Part shown: in pieces, positions 17,445-26,463 of the stretch | How positions within the stretch are numbered: the stretch's first letter is position 1 | Layout: the number at the start of each line of letters is the position of its first letter | Assembly: GCA_017472695.1 (NCBI GenBank) | Contig: JAFUOQ010000015.1 | Location: 388-64,387 of the forward strand | DNA: 64,000 nt | Direction: 5' to 3' | Source: Clostridia bacterium | GTDB taxonomy: Bacteria > Bacillota > Clostridia > Oscillospirales > CAG-272 | Made by a program: the position numbers and the translations under genes | Notes under the pieces: generated by a model | Seen by the model: only the letters and a program-made list of their open reading frames with translations | The model's database searches: none | Told to the model about the DNA's origin: nothing

Positions 17445-17745
17445 TGCCATAAATAGCTTTATCGACTCGTCTGTTGAGGTGAACTTGTGGTGTGCCTTGT
17501 GCTGAGCTGTCAGTTTGCAACTGGTGGAGCATTGTTTCTATTTCAACTATTTTTCCATAGCTTGTGCTAAAGGATTTTTCCCATCAGCTCCTTCTGTCTC
17601 CCTATGAGTATCACCGCCGTCTCTAAAGGAGGCAAGGTTTGTGCGTTCATTTTCTACACCACCCCACTCTATACCCATTGTTTGTATATTTTTTCACCAG
17701 TTAACCTCGTTGGAGCTCACGCGACCATCGGGGGATTTTCGATAT
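17445..17745 (-). pseudogene. Possible decayed CDS fragment (weak resemblance to the C-terminus of an M15-type cell-wall peptidase), or else a structured RNA
   Basis: One minus-strand frame reads YRKSPDGRVSSNEVNW*KNIQTMGIEWGGVENERTNLASFRDGGDTHRETEGADGKNPLAQAMEK*.. with in-frame stops. The region is visibly more GC-rich than neighbouring spacers. Confidence 0.2.
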
Positions 17746-17750
17746 ACAAT

Positions 17751-17789
17751 AAAAGAACAGGATCAGCCTGTTCTTTTGTATTTTTTTTG
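17751..17789 (+). terminator. Rho-independent terminator (plus strand) with no annotated gene upstream
   Basis: AAAAGAACAGG(17751-61)/CCTGTTCTTTT(17767-77) stem, ATCAG loop, long T-run. Confidence 0.6.
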
Positions 17790-17907
17790 CATATTTTTCC
17801 ATTTTTAGTACCCTTTATACTTTTTAATATAAAATAAAACTATAAAGCGCTTTTTTTGTCGATTTTTTGTATAATATAAGCATTAATGTCTATGAGAGGT
17901 GAAATCT

Positions 17908-18183
17908 ATGAACGTTGGTGAAAAAATACGTGCAGCACGCGAGGACTTGGACTTATCACAAGAGGATGTTGCGCGTCAAATTCCCATGAGCCAATCTGGT
18001 TACTCTAAAATCGAGCGTAGTGTACAAGAGCCAAGCCTTACACAACTACGTAGAATTTGTCAAATTTTAAACATTAGCGCAGACTTTTTGCTTTCTCTTG
18101 AATATTTTAATGTACTAACTGAAAACGATCTTGCACTTCTTCACGATATAAGAAATGCAATTAAAAAGCATATGGGCAAATAA
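17908..18183 (+). CDS. XRE-family helix-turn-helix transcriptional regulator (91 aa)
   Basis: MNVGEKIRAAREDLDLSQEDVARQIPMSQSGYSKIERS... is a typical Cro/C1 HTH. The ATG at 17908 sits 6 nt after GAGAGGTG. Confidence 0.8.
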   Translation: MNVGEKIRAAREDLDLSQEDVARQIPMSQSGYSKIERSVQEPSLTQLRRICQILNISADFLLSLEYFNVLTENDLALLHDIRNAIKKHMGK

Positions 18184-18233
18184 GCTTAAATATAAGAGAA
18201 CTACATCCTCGGCTCGACTTTTTTAACAAAACA

Positions 18234-18266
18234 AAAAACGCACTTCATTTTGAGGTGCGTTTTTAG
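18234..18266. terminator. Bidirectional intrinsic terminator
   Basis: ACGCACTTC(18238-46)/GAGGTGCGT(18252-60) stem, flanked by A-run and T-run, between convergent genes. Confidence 0.65.
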
Positions 18267-18271
18267 TTTTA

Positions 18272-19756
18272 TTAACCGTGAAATAGCTTTTTTGTTTGGT
18301 ACACAGGTTCACAGGTTAGGTGAACCCCGAGCTTTCTAAATGTAGCAACATCAACTGGAGATAAAATCACCGAGGAATGTAGCTCGGCATTTTTGAGCTC
18401 CTTCAAGGCATTCATCGCGCGCTTTGCTGTTTCATCAGTTGCAGCGGTAATTGCTAGTGCAATCAATACCTCGTCAGTGTGCAATCTAGGGTTATGGTTG
18501 CCAAGATTTTCGATTTTAAGCTTTTGAACAGGCTCTAGAACCTCGTGTGAAATTATATCTATATCCTTGTCAATCCCTGCAATTTCTTTAATTGCGTTGA
18601 CGAGCACAGCACTGGAAGCACCTAGAAGCGAGGAGGTTTTTCCTGTTACTATTCTACCATCACAAAGCTCAATTGCGGCAGCCGGTGCTCCTGTTGCCTC
18701 GGCTTTATCTAATGCGGCTTGAATGCATTCTCTCTCTTTTGCGTTTATTCCACTTTGGTTCATAAGAAGCTTGATTTTATTGATTTCCTCGTCGCACGCA
18801 TTGCCCTTTCTTTGTTGGCAAAGCGCGTGATAATATCTTCTTATAATTTCATTGTTCGCACTTTCTCTTACTGCTTCGTCATCAAAAATGCAGTTTCCTG
18901 CCATATTTACGCCCATATCAGTTGGGGATTTATAAGGGCAAACGCCCATAATTCCCTCATACATAGCGCGTAAAACCGGGAAAATCTCTACATCGCGATT
19001 ATAGTTTACAGCAGTTGTGCCATAAGCCTCGAGATGGAATGGATCAATCATATTTATATCATTCAGGTCAGCTGTTGCCGCCTCATATGCCACATTTACT
19101 GGATGAGATAATGGAATATTCCATATTGGGAAGGTCTCGAATTTTGCATATCCTGCATCGACTCCCTTTTTATGGTCGTGGTAGATTTGTGAAAGACAGG
19201 TTGCCATCTTTCCGCTACCAGGGCCTGGCGCAGTAACAACAACTAGTGAACGCTCTGTTTCTATGTATTCGTTTTTACCATATCCCTCATCACTAACGAT
19301 ATAATCAACATCGTAAGGATAGTTATTTATTGCATAGTGCTTATAAACCTTTATGCCAAGTGCCTCAAGCTTGTTCTTAAAGTTCTCAACACTAGATGTA
19401 GAATCATATCTTGTAAGAACAACAGAACCAACATAAAGACCAAAGCCACGAAATGCATCAATCAAACGGAGTACATCAAGGTCATATGTAATACCAAGGT
19501 CGCCACGCACCTTGTTCTTTTCAATGTCGGCGGAGTTAACGGCAATTATAATCTCTGCCTGATCCTTTAGCTCTGCTAGCATTCTAATTTTGCTATCCGG
19601 CTCAAAGCCCGGCAAAACGCGAGAAGCATGGTAGTCATCAAAGAGCTTTCCACCAAATTCAAGATAAAGCTTACCACCAAATTGCGAAATTCTTTCCTTA
19701 ATCTTTTCAGACTGCAATTTTAGATATTTATTATTGTCAAAGCCTATTCTATACAT
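18272..19756 (-). CDS. DUF1846 / UPF0371 family protein
   Basis: N-terminus MYRIGFDNNKYLKLQSEKIKERISQFGGKLYLEFGGKLFDDYHASRVLPGF matches my memory of this conserved Firmicute family. Confidence 0.8.
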   Translation of the reverse strand: MYRIGFDNNKYLKLQSEKIKERISQFGGKLYLEFGGKLFDDYHASRVLPGFEPDSKIRMLAELKDQAEIIIAVNSADIEKNKVRGDLGITYDLDVLRLIDAFRGFGLYVGSVVLTRYDSTSSVENFKNKLEALGIKVYKHYAINNYPYDVDYIVSDEGYGKNEYIETERSLVVVTAPGPGSGKMATCLSQIYHDHKKGVDAGYAKFETFPIWNIPLSHPVNVAYEAATADLNDINMIDPFHLEAYGTTAVNYNRDVEIFPVLRAMYEGIMGVCPYKSPTDMGVNMAGNCIFDDEAVRESANNEIIRRYYHALCQQRKGNACDEEINKIKLLMNQSGINAKERECIQAALDKAEATGAPAAAIELCDGRIVTGKTSSLLGASSAVLVNAIKEIAGIDKDIDIISHEVLEPVQKLKIENLGNHNPRLHTDEVLIALAITAATDETAKRAMNALKELKNAELHSSVILSPVDVATFRKLGVHLTCEPVYQTKKLFHG

Positions 19757-19768
19757 AATCTATCCTTC

Positions 19769-21001
19769 TTATTTTAAACGAATGTGTACGGGAATACCGT
19801 TCTCGTACTTAACCTGTCTCTCGCCCTGTACAAGCGGAGACATATATTCAATACAAGCCTTGGTGACGTTGTTCTTTTCATCATTGATAAAGCTTTGTGG
19901 CACGTATTTTACCTTGTTTGCAACCATAGAAACAGGAACGCTAGATATTTCAACCTCATAGCATTCTGTATTCTTGCGAACAAAAATGAGCATTTCTCCA
20001 CTCTTTCCAGATTCTGCAAGCTTGACAGCCGATGCACCAATTTTCACACTTTCCTCAATGTCTGTATTAGAAAGGATGTGGGAGGAGCATCTTTGCAAAA
20101 GGTTAAGCTCTACCGAGCGCACCTTACATCCAATTTCTCTTTTCACAAGTGCCTCTAGATTTTTAGCAGTACCAGCAAGGTATTTGTGACCGAAAACATC
20201 AACCATTCCACTTTGGTTGCTTGCACCAACGTAGTTGCCGTTTTCATATCTTATTCCTTCACTTACTGCCACGACAACATTAGGGTGCTTTTCAAGCTCC
20301 CTTTCCAGCGCACTAATGAACTCGTTATCATAAAACGGACATTCTGGCAAATAAATCAAATCTGCCCCAAGTCCATTGTATTCCTTTGCCAAAGCGGCAG
20401 CACAGGTAAGCCAGCCAGCATCTCTTCCCATCATCTCAACAATGGTAACTGCGTTCATTGTATAAACCGAGCAGTCAGTCGCTATTTCAGAAATAGCAGT
20501 AGCAATGAATTTAGCAGCCGATCCAAAGCCTGGTGTATGGTCTGTGATTGGCAAATCGTTATCAATCGTTTTTGGAACGCCTATAATTCTAATTTCATAG
20601 TCGATGTGATTTGAGTATTCGGAAAGCTTATAAACCGTGTCCATAGAATCGTTCCCACCGATATAAAAGAAATATCTAATATCATATTTCTTAAAAAGGT
20701 CAAATATTTTTGAATAAACATCGCTAGGAGTGTCTAAATTTGGCAGCTTTTTCCTGCAAGAGCCAAGAGCACTGGCAGGAGTTGACTCAAGGAGTGAAAG
20801 CTTGTCCTCGTCATCAAAAAGATACGATAAATCAATAATCTCATCACCCAAAAAGCCCTCAATACCATTTTTCATACCATATAGCTTTGAAATGTTTTCA
20901 GAGAAAGAAGCGCCTCTTATAACGCCCGAAAGAGTCGCATTTATAGCAGAGGTAGGTCCACCTGATTGTCCAACTATTGCATTTCCCTTTAGTATAGCCA
21001 T
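19769..21001 (-). CDS. pfp: Phosphofructokinase, predicted pyrophosphate-dependent
   Basis: PFK fold (GQSGGPTSAINA, MGRDAG). The diagnostic residues are GGNDS (Asp in place of E. coli Gly104) and PKTIDND (Lys in place of Gly124). Confidence 0.8.
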   Translation of the reverse strand: MAILKGNAIVGQSGGPTSAINATLSGVIRGASFSENISKLYGMKNGIEGFLGDEIIDLSYLFDDEDKLSLLESTPASALGSCRKKLPNLDTPSDVYSKIFDLFKKYDIRYFFYIGGNDSMDTVYKLSEYSNHIDYEIRIIGVPKTIDNDLPITDHTPGFGSAAKFIATAISEIATDCSVYTMNAVTIVEMMGRDAGWLTCAAALAKEYNGLGADLIYLPECPFYDNEFISALERELEKHPNVVVAVSEGIRYENGNYVGASNQSGMVDVFGHKYLAGTAKNLEALVKREIGCKVRSVELNLLQRCSSHILSNTDIEESVKIGASAVKLAESGKSGEMLIFVRKNTECYEVEISSVPVSMVANKVKYVPQSFINDEKNNVTKACIEYMSPLVQGERQVKYENGIPVHIRLK

Positions 21002-21208
21002 CTCTCTCCTCCTGAATTTATAACATCAACATAGTTTAGTATAACATAATTATATATAAAAGTCAAACAAAAACGCTTGTTTTTATTAATATTTTTGCCC
21101 AAATTTGCGTTTTTTTAACGAATTTAGTTGAAAATACTGTTTTTTACACCATTTTTTAAATAATTAGTTATTTTTCACAAAAAATTCAGATTTTTTTCAC
21201 TATTTCTA

Positions 21209-21237
21209 TTTATTTCCACAATAAATTGTGGTATAAT
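21209..21237 (+). promoter_or_regulatory. Extended -10 promoter for hpf
   Basis: TGgTATAAT at 21229-21237; weak -35. Confidence 0.4.
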
Positions 21238-21291
21238 ATGATTACAGAACAATATTGAGTTCTGAAATCCACTAGCAAAAGAGGTGTTCAT

Positions 21292-21819
21292 ATGAAAATG
21301 AATTTTACCGCAAGACAAATGAGAGTATTTGATTCAGTTAAGGAAAACGCCGAAAAGAAGCTCGCTAAGTTTGACAAGTTTTTTAAGGACGGGGCTGAAA
21401 TGGATATCACCTTTTCAATGCCAAATGGAAGCGAAATGGTTGAAATAACAATCCGTTCTCAAGGAATAGTCTTCCGTGCAGAGGAGGCTGCCGATACCTT
21501 TGCAACCGCTATTGACTCTGCTACCGAGGCTCTCGAGCGCCAAATTAGAAAAAACAAAACACGCCTACAAAAAAAGCTAAAAAGTGATGCTTTTACTATT
21601 ATAGATGACGATTTAAACGGCGACAATGAGGAAGAGGAATATGTTCAAAATGTAAGAACAAAGACCTTCCCATTCAAACCTATGGGTGTTGAAGAAGCAA
21701 TTCTACAAATGAATATGCTTGGGCACGATTTCTTTGTATATAAGGATGCCGATACACTTGAAACCTGTGTCGTTTACAGACGTAAGCATGGCGGATACGG
21801 ACTTATAGTTCCTGAATAA
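21292..21819 (+). CDS. hpf: Ribosome hibernation promoting factor, long form
   Basis: N-terminal YfiA/HPF domain plus the C-terminal dimerisation domain ...FKPMGVEEAILQMNMLGHDFFVYKD...VVYRRKHGGYGLI. Confidence 0.9.
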   Translation: MKMNFTARQMRVFDSVKENAEKKLAKFDKFFKDGAEMDITFSMPNGSEMVEITIRSQGIVFRAEEAADTFATAIDSATEALERQIRKNKTRLQKKLKSDAFTIIDDDLNGDNEEEEYVQNVRTKTFPFKPMGVEEAILQMNMLGHDFFVYKDADTLETCVVYRRKHGGYGLIVPE

Positions 21820-21967
21820 TAAAATAGACACTGGGTGGGCTTTTTTGCTCACCCTTTCCTTTTTTTCAAACAAATTGCGCTTAAAATATGACCTTCTTTT
21901 TTGTTTTTATTGAATTTGTTTTTATATTATGGTAATATAATATTACAAGGAATGAGAGGTGAAAAAA

Positions 21968-22645
21968 ATGGATATAAAAACTATACTTTCCTACGTTGAC
22001 CACACCTATTTAAAGCAAGATGCAGTGTGGGCTGATATAAAAAGAACCTGTGATGAGGGAATAAAATACAGCACGGCTTCAGTTTGTATTCCGCCATCGT
22101 TTGTCAAGGTGGCAAAGGAGTATGTTGACGACAAAGTTAAAATCTGCACAGTAACAGGCTTTCCCAATGGCTACTCAACAAACCGGGTTAAGTGCTTTGA
22201 ATCTCAAGAGGCAGTATTAAATGGTGCCGATGAGATTGATACTGTTATAAATATTGGAGATTTAAAATCTGCAAATTACGATAAGGTATTAAACGACCTT
22301 AAGGATATAAAATCAGCCTGCGAGGGCAAAATTTTAAAGGTGATTATAGAAACCTGTCTGCTCTCCGATTATGAAAAGCAAAAGATGTGTGAGCTAGTTA
22401 GTCTTTCAGGTGCTGACTTTATAAAAACCTCAACAGGATTTTCAAGTGGCGGCGCAACACGCGAGGATATAATTCTTTTTTCTAAATATGTAGCACCTCA
22501 TGTGAAAATCAAGGCGGCGGGTGGAATTTCCTCTCTTAACGATGCCATGGACTTTATAAGCCTCGGTGCTTCTAGACTAGGCACGAGTAGAATTGTAAAA
22601 ATTGTTGAAAAGGATGGTACTAACAATGGCAACTCCTCATATTAA
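21968..22645 (+). CDS. deoC: Deoxyribose-phosphate aldolase
   Basis: DHTYLK, ICTVTGFPNG, KVIIETCLL, FIKTSTGF, KAAGGI motifs. The ATG at 21968 has better RBS spacing than the GTG at 21959. Confidence 0.9.
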   Translation: MDIKTILSYVDHTYLKQDAVWADIKRTCDEGIKYSTASVCIPPSFVKVAKEYVDDKVKICTVTGFPNGYSTNRVKCFESQEAVLNGADEIDTVINIGDLKSANYDKVLNDLKDIKSACEGKILKVIIETCLLSDYEKQKMCELVSLSGADFIKTSTGFSSGGATREDIILFSKYVAPHVKIKAAGGISSLNDAMDFISLGASRLGTSRIVKIVEKDGTNNGNSSY

Positions 22646-23345
22646 TGCAGAAATGGGCGATTTTGCAAAAACGGTTTTAATGCCAGGCGATCCCTTGCGT
22701 GCTAAATTTATCGCAGAAACCTTTTTAGAAAATGCTCGCCTTGTTAACAATGTTCGCGGTATTCAAGGATATACTGGCACATATAAGGGAGTTCCCGTTA
22801 GTGTAATGGCTAGTGGAATGGGTATGCCATCTATTGGCATATATTCATATGAGCTGTATTCCTTCTATGGAGTTGAAAATATTATAAGAGTTGGCTCGGC
22901 AGGCGGTATGCAGGAAAGCATAAAGGTGCGCGACGTCGTGATTGGAATGGGTGCTTGCACAAACTCAAGCTTTGCTTCTCAATATGCACTTGAGGGCACA
23001 TTTTCTCCTATTGCAAGCTATAAATTACTTCGTACCTGTGTCGATAAAGCCGACTTATTAGGTCTTAATTACCACGTTGGCAATCTTCTCTCTAGTGACA
23101 CATTTTATAGTGATTTAGATATGTCAAGACAGGGAGAATCCCCTTGGCACAAAATGGGAGTAATGGCGGTTGAAATGGAGGCGGCGGCTTTATATATGAC
23201 AGCTGCTAGGCTCAACAAAAACGCACTTGCTATCTGCACAATTTCCGACCATTTATTAACTGGTGAGGCAACAAGCAGCGAGGAAAGACAAAAGACCTTT
23301 ACTGATATGATGACACTAGCGCTTGAGGTAGCAATAGAATTATGA
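22626..23345 (+). CDS. deoD: Purine nucleoside phosphorylase, DeoD type
   Basis: MATPHINAEMGDFAKTVLMPGDPLRAKFIAE...MASGMGMPS...VEMEAAALY. Confidence 0.9.
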   Translation: MATPHINAEMGDFAKTVLMPGDPLRAKFIAETFLENARLVNNVRGIQGYTGTYKGVPVSVMASGMGMPSIGIYSYELYSFYGVENIIRVGSAGGMQESIKVRDVVIGMGACTNSSFASQYALEGTFSPIASYKLLRTCVDKADLLGLNYHVGNLLSSDTFYSDLDMSRQGESPWHKMGVMAVEMEAAALYMTAARLNKNALAICTISDHLLTGEATSSEERQKTFTDMMTLALEVAIEL

Positions 23346-24496
23346 AAAGAGTGTTTTTAATTGTGCTTGATAGCTTTGGCATTGGAGAATTGCCTGATGC
23401 CGCACTTTTTGGCGATATGGGTGCTAACACCTTGAAAAGTGTATCGAAATCAAGATTTTTGAAAATTCCTAACCTTATTAAATGCGGTCTTGGTAATATT
23501 GATGGTGTTAATTGCATCGAAAAAACAGACACTCCTCTTGGCATTTTTGGAAAATGTGCCGAGCTTTCAATGGGTAAGGATACGACAGTTGGGCATTGGG
23601 AAATTGCCGGATTGGTATCGAAAAATCCTATGCCTACCTACCCCAACGGATTTGATAAGGAAATAATTGAAGAATTTCAGCAAAGGACTGGCAGACGGGT
23701 TATTTGTAACAAGCCCTACTCTGGCACTGATGTAATAAGAGATTACGGCAAGGAGCATATAGAAACTGGTGCTTTGATTGTATATACCTCTGCTGATAGT
23801 GTTTTTCAAATAGCAGCACACGAGGACTATGTTTCTATTGATGAATTGTACAAATATTGTGAGATTGCAAGAGAAATGTTAACCGGCAAATGGGGCGTTG
23901 GAAGAGTTATTGCTCGCCCATTTGTTGGTGAATACCCTAATTTTACACGCACCTCATCCAGACGCGACTACTCACTTGAGCCGAATGGTATAACCATACT
24001 CGATGCATTAAAGGAAAATAACTACGATGTAATTTCTATTGGCAAAATCAATGATATTTTTGCAGGAAAAGGAATTACAGAAAAATATAAAACCCATTCA
24101 AATTTAGAGGGAATAAAAGCTACTCTATCAATTATGGATAAGGATTTTTGTGGTCTTTGCTTTACAAATCTAGTTGATTTCGATATGGTTTATGGTCACA
24201 GAAACGACATAGATGGTTATGCTAAAGCATTATCTGAATTTGATAGCTACTTGCCACAGCTCATTGAAAAGCTAGACAAGGACGACTTATTAATTATAAC
24301 TGCAGATCACGGCTGTGACCCAGGTGATGCAAGCACCGACCACACAAGAGAATATGTACCTCTTATTGTGCTCGCTAGAGAGTGTAAGAGCAAAAATTTA
24401 GGCACTATCAAATCATACAGTATAGTTGCAAAAATCATTAAGGATTATTTCAATTTAGATTACACCTCTGAAGCATTTTCATTTTTACAATACTAA
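23342..24496 (+). CDS. deoB: Phosphopentomutase
   Basis: MKRVFLIVLDSFGIGELPDA...TADHGCDP... Confidence 0.9.
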   Translation: MKRVFLIVLDSFGIGELPDAALFGDMGANTLKSVSKSRFLKIPNLIKCGLGNIDGVNCIEKTDTPLGIFGKCAELSMGKDTTVGHWEIAGLVSKNPMPTYPNGFDKEIIEEFQQRTGRRVICNKPYSGTDVIRDYGKEHIETGALIVYTSADSVFQIAAHEDYVSIDELYKYCEIAREMLTGKWGVGRVIARPFVGEYPNFTRTSSRRDYSLEPNGITILDALKENNYDVISIGKINDIFAGKGITEKYKTHSNLEGIKATLSIMDKDFCGLCFTNLVDFDMVYGHRNDIDGYAKALSEFDSYLPQLIEKLDKDDLLIITADHGCDPGDASTDHTREYVPLIVLARECKSKNLGTIKSYSIVAKIIKDYFNLDYTSEAFSFLQY

Positions 24497-24548
24497 AATT
24501 TCCCGATAAGTGTCGATAATTTGGCAAAATCGGTATATAGGAGGCAGA

Positions 24549-24968
24549 ATGGACAATCAAATTTATCTTGACCTAATTGAAAAGGCTAAATATGCAAGAG
24601 TTAATGCATATGCGCCATACTCAAACTACAAGGTAGGTGCGGCGCTCCTTTGTAGTGACGGCTCAATCTACAAGGGTGCAAATATAGAAAATAGCGCATA
24701 TTCCGAAACTGTTTGTGCCGAGCGAGTTGCGTTTTATAACGCGATTAGCAAGGAAGGAGATAGGCGCGACTTCAAGGCTATTGCAATCGTTGGTGGTAAA
24801 GGAACTAAAATTTCCGACTTTGCTTTTCCTTGTGGCGCTTGCAGACAGGTTATGAGTGAGTTTTGCTCTGAAAAATTTGAAATCATTCTTTATAACGGCA
24901 ATGATATCGAGGTCTATGCTCTTAAGGATTTATTGCCCAATGTTTTCAGTGCTAAAAACATAAAATAA
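24549..24968 (+). CDS. cdd: Cytidine deaminase
   Basis: Zinc motifs CAERVA and PCGACRQ. The ATG at 24549 is preceded by AGGAGG. Confidence 0.9.
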   Translation: MDNQIYLDLIEKAKYARVNAYAPYSNYKVGAALLCSDGSIYKGANIENSAYSETVCAERVAFYNAISKEGDRRDFKAIAIVGGKGTKISDFAFPCGACRQVMSEFCSEKFEIILYNGNDIEVYALKDLLPNVFSAKNIK

Positions 24969-25000
24969 GCTTTAAATTTCACACACAGGGTGAGGTTTTT

Positions 25001-26302
25001 ATGAGAATTTATGATATTATTGATAAGAAGCGTCACGCAAAAGAGCTATCTAAAGAGGAAATAGAATTTGTAATTTCATCCTATATGAAGGACGAGATTA
25101 AGGATTATCAAATTTCGGCTCTTTTAATGGCAATTTGCATAAACTCAATGAGCGAGGCTGAAACAAGCTATTTGACTAACGCTATTTTAAATTCTGGTGA
25201 TGTTCTTGATTTGTCATCATTAAACGGATATACAGTTGACAAGCACAGCACTGGTGGAATTGGCGATAAAACCACATTGATTGTTGCGCCAATTGTTGCT
25301 TCTCTTGGTTGTACAGTTGCAAAAATGTCAGGCAGAGGTCTTGGATTTACCGGTGGAACTGTCGACAAGCTTGAATCCATAGAAGGATTTAAAACAGAGC
25401 TATCCCCAGCCGACTTTCTTTCACAAGCTAAAGATATTGGAATTGTTGTAGTTGGGCAAAGCGCTGATTTAGCCCCCGCTGACAAAAAGCTCTATGCTTT
25501 GCGTGATGTTACTGCCACTATTGATTCAATCCCACTAATTGCGTCAAGTATTATGTCAAAAAAATTAGCCTCGGGCTCAAAATCCATTGTGCTTGATGTT
25601 AAGGTTGGCTCGGGTGCTTTTATGAAAACAGTTGACGATGCAGAGAAATTAGCTAATGCTATGGTTAAATTAGGCAAAGGCTTTGACCGTAATGTAACGG
25701 CTGTTTTAACAAATATGAATGCTCCTCTAGGCTTGGCTGTTGGAAACAGCGTTGAGCTTTGGGAGGCTATGGAGGTTCTTTCCGGTAGAGGCGAACAAAA
25801 TCTAAAAGCACTTTGTCTTACTGTTAGCTCTTGTATGGTATCATCTGCTCTTTCATTAGAGCTTGACGTCGCAAGGGATATGGTAGAAAATGCAATTAGC
25901 ACAGGAAAAGCACTTGCAAAATTCTATGAATGGATTGAATATCAAGGTGGTAATACCTCTAAAATCAGGGACTCCTCTGCTCTTTTAGGCGCTAAATATA
26001 AAAAATCAATATTGGCAGAGCGTGAGGGATATATCTCAAGTCTTGACGCGCAGGCCGTAGGTACAGCCTCTATGATGCTCGGTGCAGGCAGAATAAAAAA
26101 GGAAGACAAAATTGACCATTCAGCAGGAATAATTCTAAATAAGCGCGTGGGCGATTTTGTAACGAAAAGTGAGCCTATTGCAATGATGTACACATCAAAC
26201 GAAGCACTTTTTGATAGTGCAAGTAACCTGTTTTTAGGGGGTGTTTCATATAGCAACAAAATGCCAACGCAAAACCCACTAATTTATAAGATTATAAAAT
26301 AA
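25001..26302 (+). CDS. pdp: Pyrimidine-nucleoside (thymidine) phosphorylase
   Basis: ...DKHSTGGIGDKTTL...KMSGRGLGFTGGTVDKLE... Confidence 0.9.
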   Translation: MRIYDIIDKKRHAKELSKEEIEFVISSYMKDEIKDYQISALLMAICINSMSEAETSYLTNAILNSGDVLDLSSLNGYTVDKHSTGGIGDKTTLIVAPIVASLGCTVAKMSGRGLGFTGGTVDKLESIEGFKTELSPADFLSQAKDIGIVVVGQSADLAPADKKLYALRDVTATIDSIPLIASSIMSKKLASGSKSIVLDVKVGSGAFMKTVDDAEKLANAMVKLGKGFDRNVTAVLTNMNAPLGLAVGNSVELWEAMEVLSGRGEQNLKALCLTVSSCMVSSALSLELDVARDMVENAISTGKALAKFYEWIEYQGGNTSKIRDSSALLGAKYKKSILAEREGYISSLDAQAVGTASMMLGAGRIKKEDKIDHSAGIILNKRVGDFVTKSEPIAMMYTSNEALFDSASNLFLGGVSYSNKMPTQNPLIYKIIK

Positions 26303-26353
26303 CAAAAAATCATTTTCCCTCATAAGATAATACAAAGGAAGGGAGAATTACAA

Positions 26354-26428
26354 ATGAAAATTGTTGTTTTTAAATCACCGCGTTTTTTCGTTCCGTTCTT
26401 GAAAAAAATATTCAAGCTTTCTAATTAA
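26354..26428 (+). CDS. spoVM: Stage V sporulation protein M-like peptide (24 aa; not in the supplied ORF track)
   Basis: ATG at 26354 is preceded by AAGGAAGGGAGAA. The peptide MKIVVFKSPRFFVPFLKKIFKLSN resembles clostridial SpoVM amphipathic helices (B. subtilis MKFYTIKLPKFLGGIVRAMLGSFRKD). A terminator follows. Confidence 0.65.
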   Translation: MKIVVFKSPRFFVPFLKKIFKLSN

Positions 26429-26435
26429 GAATAAA

Positions 26436-26463
26436 ACAAAAGAGGGGATAATCCCCTCTTTTT
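26436..26463. terminator. Bidirectional intrinsic terminator
   Basis: AGAGGGGA(26441-48)/TCCCCTCT(26452-59) stem, flanked by A-rich and T-rich runs, between convergent genes. Confidence 0.7.

Noticed and set aside
17363-17750. Tested whether the GC-rich island is tmRNA, RNase P RNA or a tRNA
   Set aside because: On either strand I found no GGGG…GGTTTCGAC 5' end with a T-arm plus CCA 3' end, no GAGGAAAGTCC core and no tRNA T-loop (GGTTCGAATCC-like). The CTCCACCA-like string at 17521-17530 lacks an adjacent T-arm.
17899-18183. XRE regulator plus neighbouring degraded sequence as evidence for an intact prophage or toxin-antitoxin module
   Set aside because: There is no integrase, partner toxin ORF, att-like direct repeats or phage structural genes within reach. 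At most this is a relic.
18303-18325. GGTTCAC-AGGTTAG-GTGAACC hairpin that shares the GTGAAC/GTTCAC arms of the terminator-embedded repeat
   Set aside because: It lies inside the DUF1846 coding sequence, its loop and flanks are unrelated to the 24-nt element, and its arm order is reversed. It is probably coincidental.
19784-21023. Plus-strand ORFs up to 142 aa antisense to pfp
   Set aside because: These are shadow ORFs within a clear PFK gene.
25168-26259. Three antisense ORFs (105-136 aa) inside pdp
   Set aside because: These are shadow frames of a confidently identified phosphorylase gene, with no start context.
26298-26340. Possible sigma-E type promoter upstream of the spoVM-like ORF (TCATTTT … CATAAGAT / ATACAAA)
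   Set aside because: Either the spacing is wrong or the predicted start would cut into the RBS. I cannot call it by eye without a PWM.
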